NCBI GenBank assembly: GCA_947448695.1
Contig: CANFOL010000005.1
Span: 69,410-101,409 of the forward strand
Length of the DNA: 32,000 nucleotides
From: Burkholderiaceae bacterium
GTDB taxonomy: Bacteria > Pseudomonadota > Gammaproteobacteria > Burkholderiales > Burkholderiaceae
Reading direction: 5' to 3'
In this document: in pieces, positions 27,830 to 32,000 of the stretch
How positions within the stretch are numbered: position 1 is the first letter of the stretch
Layout of the letters: every line of letters starts with the position of its first letter
Position numbers and translations under genes: made by a program
The notes under the pieces: generated by a model
Seen by the model: the letters and a program-made list of their open reading frames with translations, nothing else
Databases searched by the model: none
Told to the model about the DNA's origin: nothing

Positions 27830-28993
27830 CCAAGCCCATTGAAAATTGTGCCCCCCTAAGTGCCCAGTCACATCGACACACTCACCAATAAAAAATAACC
27901 CAGATTGTTTCCTCGACATTAATGTTTTGCTGTCTAGCTCTTTGGTATCAATTCCCCCTAGCATCACTTCCGCCTTATTCCAACCTAAAGTGCCTGCTGG
28001 CTTGACATGCCAATGACAGATAAGATCAATGACATTTTGTCTTGATTTCTTAGAAACTTCAACCCATTTTTTACCATGTAACCCTAATTGTTTAGCAAAC
28101 TCCTTGGCTAATCTCGCTGGTAAAAATTCAATTAATAATTGATCAACTGTTTTCGTTCGAGAGTTATCTTGAGCTAACAAATCTTCTAAAGCTCCCTGAT
28201 CTGTCCATGAAATATGAATTTCTTGGCCTTCAATCCAATACGAACTTGCTTGCAATACCGCAGGCCCTGATAAGCCTTTATGGGTAATCAACAAATCTTC
28301 AAGAAAACTACCCTTGCCATATCTTTCTTTTACATGTCCAGAAGAAATACTTACTTTTGTACTCAATCCCGCAAAGTCTTCAATCGCTGAGAAAATTTGG
28401 GATGTAAATGCTAAAGGAACTAAGGCGGGTCTGGGCTCAATGACTTCTATTTGAAACTGTTTAGCAATTTGCATTGCAAAGTCAGATGCGCCAATAGCCG
28501 GAACCGGTAAGCCTCCCGTCGCAATGACTAAATTTTTAGCAACAAAAGTCTCATGATGAGTTTTTACAACCCATAGCTCATCTTGAGATTCAACTTGTTC
28601 TACTTTGATGGGGTGTTCAATCTGTACATTACCCTTTTGACATTCACTCAGTAACATCTGAATAATATCTTTAGCAGACTCATCGCAAAATAATTGTCCT
28701 TGATGTTTTTCATGAAAAGGAATGTCATATTTTTTAACGAGTGCAATGAAGTCTGAACTGGAATAGCGTGCAAGTGCGCTTTTGACAAAATGAGGGTTTA
28801 AAGATAAAAAATGTTGGTGTGAAGTATGTAAATTCGTAAAATTGCATCTACCGCCTCCACTAATGCGAATTTTTTCTCCTAGATGCTCTGCATGATCAAT
28901 CAGTAGTACCGACTTTCCTAGCTGACCAGCAGTTCCCGCACAAAATAGGCCCGCAGCACCAGCTCCAATCACAATCACATCAAAAGTTTTCAC
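27794..28993 (-). CDS. HI0933/YhiN-family NAD(FAD)-utilising flavoprotein
   Basis: 399 aa with a GTG start, FAD-binding DVIVIGAGAAGLFCA, RISGGGRCNFTN and a C-terminal GGHNFQWAWSSGYA. Confidence 0.88.
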   Translation of the reverse strand: MKTFDVIVIGAGAAGLFCAGTAGQLGKSVLLIDHAEHLGEKIRISGGGRCNFTNLHTSHQHFLSLNPHFVKSALARYSSSDFIALVKKYDIPFHEKHQGQLFCDESAKDIIQMLLSECQKGNVQIEHPIKVEQVESQDELWVVKTHHETFVAKNLVIATGGLPVPAIGASDFAMQIAKQFQIEVIEPRPALVPLAFTSQIFSAIEDFAGLSTKVSISSGHVKERYGKGSFLEDLLITHKGLSGPAVLQASSYWIEGQEIHISWTDQGALEDLLAQDNSRTKTVDQLLIEFLPARLAKEFAKQLGLHGKKWVEVSKKSRQNVIDLICHWHVKPAGTLGWNKAEVMLGGIDTKELDSKTLMSRKQSGLFFIGECVDVTGHLGGHNFQWAWSSGYACALSLL

Positions 28994-29123
28994 TAGAACC
29001 CAATTCTTTAGAATGTCAAAATAGATCCTCTATTGTATTTGTTAGGCGATTTTTTCAACAGTTTTATGAAATCACGGCAAAATAGAGGTTTAAATAATTG
29101 ATAAATCAAGCAGGAGATTTTTA

Positions 29124-30836
29124 ATGGCTAATGACAATACCCCAATTAACCGTCGTTCAAGAAATATTACTGAGGGAGTTGCACGCGCCCCAAATCGCTC
29201 AATGTACTATGCAATGGGCTACAAAGAAGAAGATTTTGTTAAGCCAATGATTGGTGTTGCAAATGGGCATTCGACCATCACTCCTTGTAATAGCGGTCTT
29301 CAAGTGCTAGCTGACGCCGCAGTTGAAGCACTAGAAGCTGGTGGGGCAAATTCTCAAATTTTTGGTACTCCAACGATTTCAGATGGCATGGGAATGGGCA
29401 CCGAAGGTATGAAATACTCCTTAGTTTCCAGGGAAGTGATTGCCGACAGTATTGAAACCTGTGTCAATGGTTTATGGCAAGATGGTGTCATCGTGATTGG
29501 TGGTTGCGATAAAAATATGCCAGGTGGCATGATGGCTATGGCAAGAACGAATGTCCCAAGTATTTATGTATATGGTGGAACCATCAAACCAGGACATTAC
29601 AAGGGTCGTGAATTAAACATCGTTTCAGCATTTGAAGCCGTTGGTGAATTTACCTCAGGCCGTCTAAGTTCGGAAGATTTAAAAGGTATTGAACAAAACT
29701 CCTGCCCAAGTAGTGGTTCTTGTGGTGGTATGTATACGGCCAATACCATGAGCTCATCTTTTGAGGCTCTTGGTATGAGCTTACCCTACTCTTCTACCAT
29801 GTCTAATATTGATGAAGAAAAAAGATTAAGTGCTGCAGAGTCCGCACGGGTATTGATCGAAGCCGTGAAGAACAACCTTCGACCACGCGATATTATTACT
29901 AAAAAATCGATCGAAAATGCCGTGTCTGTCATTATGGCGGTTGGTGGCTCAACCAATGCTGTACTCCACTTTTTAGCCATCACCAGTGCCGCAGATGTTG
30001 AATGGACGATTGATGACTTTGAAAGAATTCGTCGTAAAGTTCCTGTCATTGTTGATATGAAACCATCAGGAAAGTATTTAGCTACAGATTTACATCAGGC
30101 AGGAGGCATTCCTCAAGTGATGAAAATTCTTCTTGATGGTGGCTTATTACATGGCGATTGCATCACCATTACCGGTCAAACTATTGCCGAAGTATTGAAA
30201 GATGTTCCTGCCATCCCGCGAAGTGATCAACACGTTATCCGTCCACTGAGTAATCCAATTTACGCTGAAGGCCATCTAGCTATTTTGAAAGGGAATCTAT
30301 CCCCAGAGGGTTGTGTGGCGAAGATTAGTGGTCTAAAAAATCCAAGCATTACTGGTCCAGCAAGGGTATTTGACTCTGAAGATGATGCAATGACCGCAAT
30401 TATGGCGAATAAAATCACCCATGGTGATGTCGTTGTTATTCGTTATGAGGGTCCTAAAGGTGGTCCAGGTATGAGAGAAATGCTTTCTCCAACGTCAGCA
30501 CTCGTTGGTCAAGGCTTTGGTGAAACCGTTGGGCTCATTACCGATGGCCGCTTCTCAGGTGGAACATGGGGAATGGTAGTTGGCCATGTCTCTCCTGAGG
30601 CATACATGGGCGGTACCATCGCATTAGTTCAAGAAGGGGATTCGATTACGATTGATGCCCATCAACTCCTCATACAACTCAATCTTTCCGAAGAAGAAAT
30701 TGCGCAAAGAAGAGCAAAGTGGGTTAAACCAAAGCCGCGCTACACCCGTGGTATTCTCGCAAAGTATGCCAAATTAGCCAGCTCTGCAAGTCAAGGAGCA
30801 GTCACAGACCTCAATTTGAATTTAGATCAAGATTAA
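29124..30836 (+). CDS. ilvD: Dihydroxy-acid dehydratase
   Basis: 570 aa with [20 protein letters not shown] and GRFSGGT motifs. AGGAG Shine-Dalgarno. Confidence 0.97.
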   Translation: MANDNTPINRRSRNITEGVARAPNRSMYYAMGYKEEDFVKPMIGVANGHSTITPCNSGLQVLADAAVEALEAGGANSQIFGTPTISDGMGMGTEGMKYSLVSREVIADSIETCVNGLWQDGVIVIGGCDKNMPGGMMAMARTNVPSIYVYGGTIKPGHYKGRELNIVSAFEAVGEFTSGRLSSEDLKGIEQNSCPSSGSCGGMYTANTMSSSFEALGMSLPYSSTMSNIDEEKRLSAAESARVLIEAVKNNLRPRDIITKKSIENAVSVIMAVGGSTNAVLHFLAITSAADVEWTIDDFERIRRKVPVIVDMKPSGKYLATDLHQAGGIPQVMKILLDGGLLHGDCITITGQTIAEVLKDVPAIPRSDQHVIRPLSNPIYAEGHLAILKGNLSPEGCVAKISGLKNPSITGPARVFDSEDDAMTAIMANKITHGDVVVIRYEGPKGGPGMREMLSPTSALVGQGFGETVGLITDGRFSGGTWGMVVGHVSPEAYMGGTIALVQEGDSITIDAHQLLIQLNLSEEEIAQRRAKWVKPKPRYTRGILAKYAKLASSASQGAVTDLNLNLDQD

Positions 30837-30861
30837 AAAAAACCGCTTCGGCGGTTTTTTT
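30837..30861. terminator. Bidirectional rho-independent terminator between ilvD and the PCu(A)C gene
   Basis: aaaaaaaa-ccgc-ttcg-gcgg-tttttttt forms a GC stem with a tetraloop, flanked by an A-run and a T-run. It can therefore terminate both convergent transcripts. Confidence 0.85.
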
Positions 30862-31324
30862 AATGCATCTTCATGCCACCCAAAGCTTGACTGGGAAAGA
30901 CAACATCAACCTTACCTGCTTTTTCAAACTGTAAGGTCATTTTTAATTGCTCCCCATCTTTAATCGCGCTATCTAATCCCATCAACATTAAATGGTATCC
31001 TCCAGGCTTTAACTCAACTGAACCATTAGCTGGAATCTCTAGCCCCTGAATTTGGCGCATCATCATTTTGTCACCATCCATCTTCATTTCGTGCAACTGT
31101 ACCTCTTTTGCTCGAGCAAAACTCACTGCGACTAATCGATCTGTAGTAGGTCCTTTATTTTCAATCGTCAAATAGGCGCTACTAATCGATTGACCTGGCG
31201 CTGTAGCTCTTGCGCTTGGCTTAACAATCTGCAAATTACCGACTTTGGTTTGCGCATGAGCAATCGTCATGACAAGTAAACTAAGAATAAGGATAAAGAA
31301 CTGATTTAGCTTGAAGATATTCAC
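30860..31324 (-). CDS. Periplasmic copper chaperone PCu(A)C (DUF461)
   Basis: 154 aa with a GTG start and a signal peptide ending AHA/Q. Cu(I) ligand motifs are HEMKMDGDKMMM and GGYHLMLMG. Confidence 0.85.
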   Translation of the reverse strand: MNIFKLNQFFILILSLLVMTIAHAQTKVGNLQIVKPSARATAPGQSISSAYLTIENKGPTTDRLVAVSFARAKEVQLHEMKMDGDKMMMRQIQGLEIPANGSVELKPGGYHLMLMGLDSAIKDGEQLKMTLQFEKAGKVDVVFPSQALGGMKMH

Positions 31325-31383
31325 TACAACTCCTAGTTTTTACAATAAAAGGCTATTTTAAGACAAATTGACATCTTTCTCTT

Positions 31384-32000
31384 ATGATAAGGAATATGAC
31401 TGGTACACGAATTGCTTTTTTTGCAGATGTCCATAGTAACCTTGAAGCCCTTGAGGCTTGTTTAGATCATGCGCGTCAACAAGGTGCTGAAAAATTTGTA
31501 TTTTTAGGCGATTTGGTTGGATATAACGCGAACCCAAGTGAAGTTTTGGAGCGGGTCATGCAACTGATGAGCTCTGGGCAGGCAATCGCGATTCGAGGTA
31601 ACCATGATACGGCCTGTTTCGAGAACTACAAGCATCAGATGAACCCGATTGCTCATTTAGCGATTGAGTGGACTAAATCTAAGTTATCTCATGATCATGT
31701 AGCCTTTTTAAAAAACTTACCTCTTATTCATTATGAGGAAGACCGCTGCTATGTCCACGCCTCTGCATATCAGCCAGAATCTTGGCATTACGTTACAGAT
31801 GGCTTATCCGCTTGGAGAAGTGCAGAATCATCTGGAAAAATATATACCTTCTCCGGACATGTGCATGGTCAAGCCCTTTACTACCAAAGTTCAGTTGGGA
31901 AATTAATTTGTTTCAATCCACACTCCGGTGATGCTGTCCCAACAGGTCGCCATCGTCGCTGGGTAGCGATTGCAGGCTCAGTAGGACAACCAAGAGACAG
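31384..32000 (+). CDS. Calcineurin-like metallophosphoesterase (partial; continues past the window end)
   Basis: Manual translation gives (MIRN)MTGTRIAFFADVHSNLEALEACLDHARQQGAEKFVFLGDLVGYN...RGNHDT...GHVHGQ, i.e. the DxH, GD, GNHD and GHxH motifs. The start is ATG 31384 or 31396, and the frame is open to 32000. Confidence 0.8.
   Translation, partial: MIRNMTGTRIAFFADVHSNLEALEACLDHARQQGAEKFVFLGDLVGYNANPSEVLERVMQLMSSGQAIAIRGNHDTACFENYKHQMNPIAHLAIEWTKSKLSHDHVAFLKNLPLIHYEEDRCYVHASAYQPESWHYVTDGLSAWRSAESSGKIYTFSGHVHGQALYYQSSVGKLICFNPHSGDAVPTGRHRRWVAIAGSVGQPRD

Noticed and set aside
29017-29086. 9-nt direct repeat caaaataga (29017-29025 and 29078-29086) and the small inverted repeat ATAGA-tcc-TCTAT upstream of ilvD
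   Set aside because: These are short, AT-rich matches in an AT-rich promoter region and are plausibly chance. There is no supporting symmetry or known operator consensus.
31370-31398. TTGACA near the metallophosphoesterase start, suggesting a leaderless transcript
   Set aside because: No acceptable -10 lies at the correct spacing (GAATAT at best), and two in-frame ATGs make the start ambiguous. The idea is too speculative.

Overview
This window is core chromosome from an AT-rich, tightly packed betaproteobacterial genome. Gene order and protein sequences look like Burkholderiales, possibly a streamlined Polynucleobacter-like lineage, but that is inference and was not verified. I called 35 protein-coding genes, counting two that run off the window edges and the 28-aa leader ORF, plus one tRNA. 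On the minus strand from the left: nuoG(partial)-F-E-D-C-B-A, tRNA-Leu(GAG), secG, tpiA, pnp, rpsO, leuA, pssA, psd and ilvC-ilvH-ilvI. A plus-strand operon follows: ECF sigma factor, DUF3619-like, DUF3106-like and RDD. Next on the minus strand are uup, an atypical SDR and a YbbP/FtsX-type permease. The remaining genes are rluF-like, trhO, an ABM monooxygenase, a gamma-carbonic-anhydrase-like protein, crcB, a LOG-family protein, a YhiN-family flavoprotein, ilvD, a PCu(A)C copper chaperone and a partial metallophosphoesterase. I found no rRNA, CRISPR array, transposase, integrase, prophage or recognisable defence genes, and no convincing new multi-gene system, so I consider this an ordinary housekeeping region. 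The points most worth a second look are listed here. (1) An unannotated 28-aa Leu-codon leader ORF with antiterminator and terminator hairpins lies upstream of leuA. (2) The conserved four-gene ECF sigma/DUF3619/DUF3106/RDD module has no known function. (3) An SDR with no YxxxK motif overlaps a double-FtsX permease that has no adjacent ATPase. (4) Structured non-coding spacers flank rpsO. (5) Several convergent gene pairs overlap at their 3' ends. Several ORF-track starts were trimmed to better-supported start codons.
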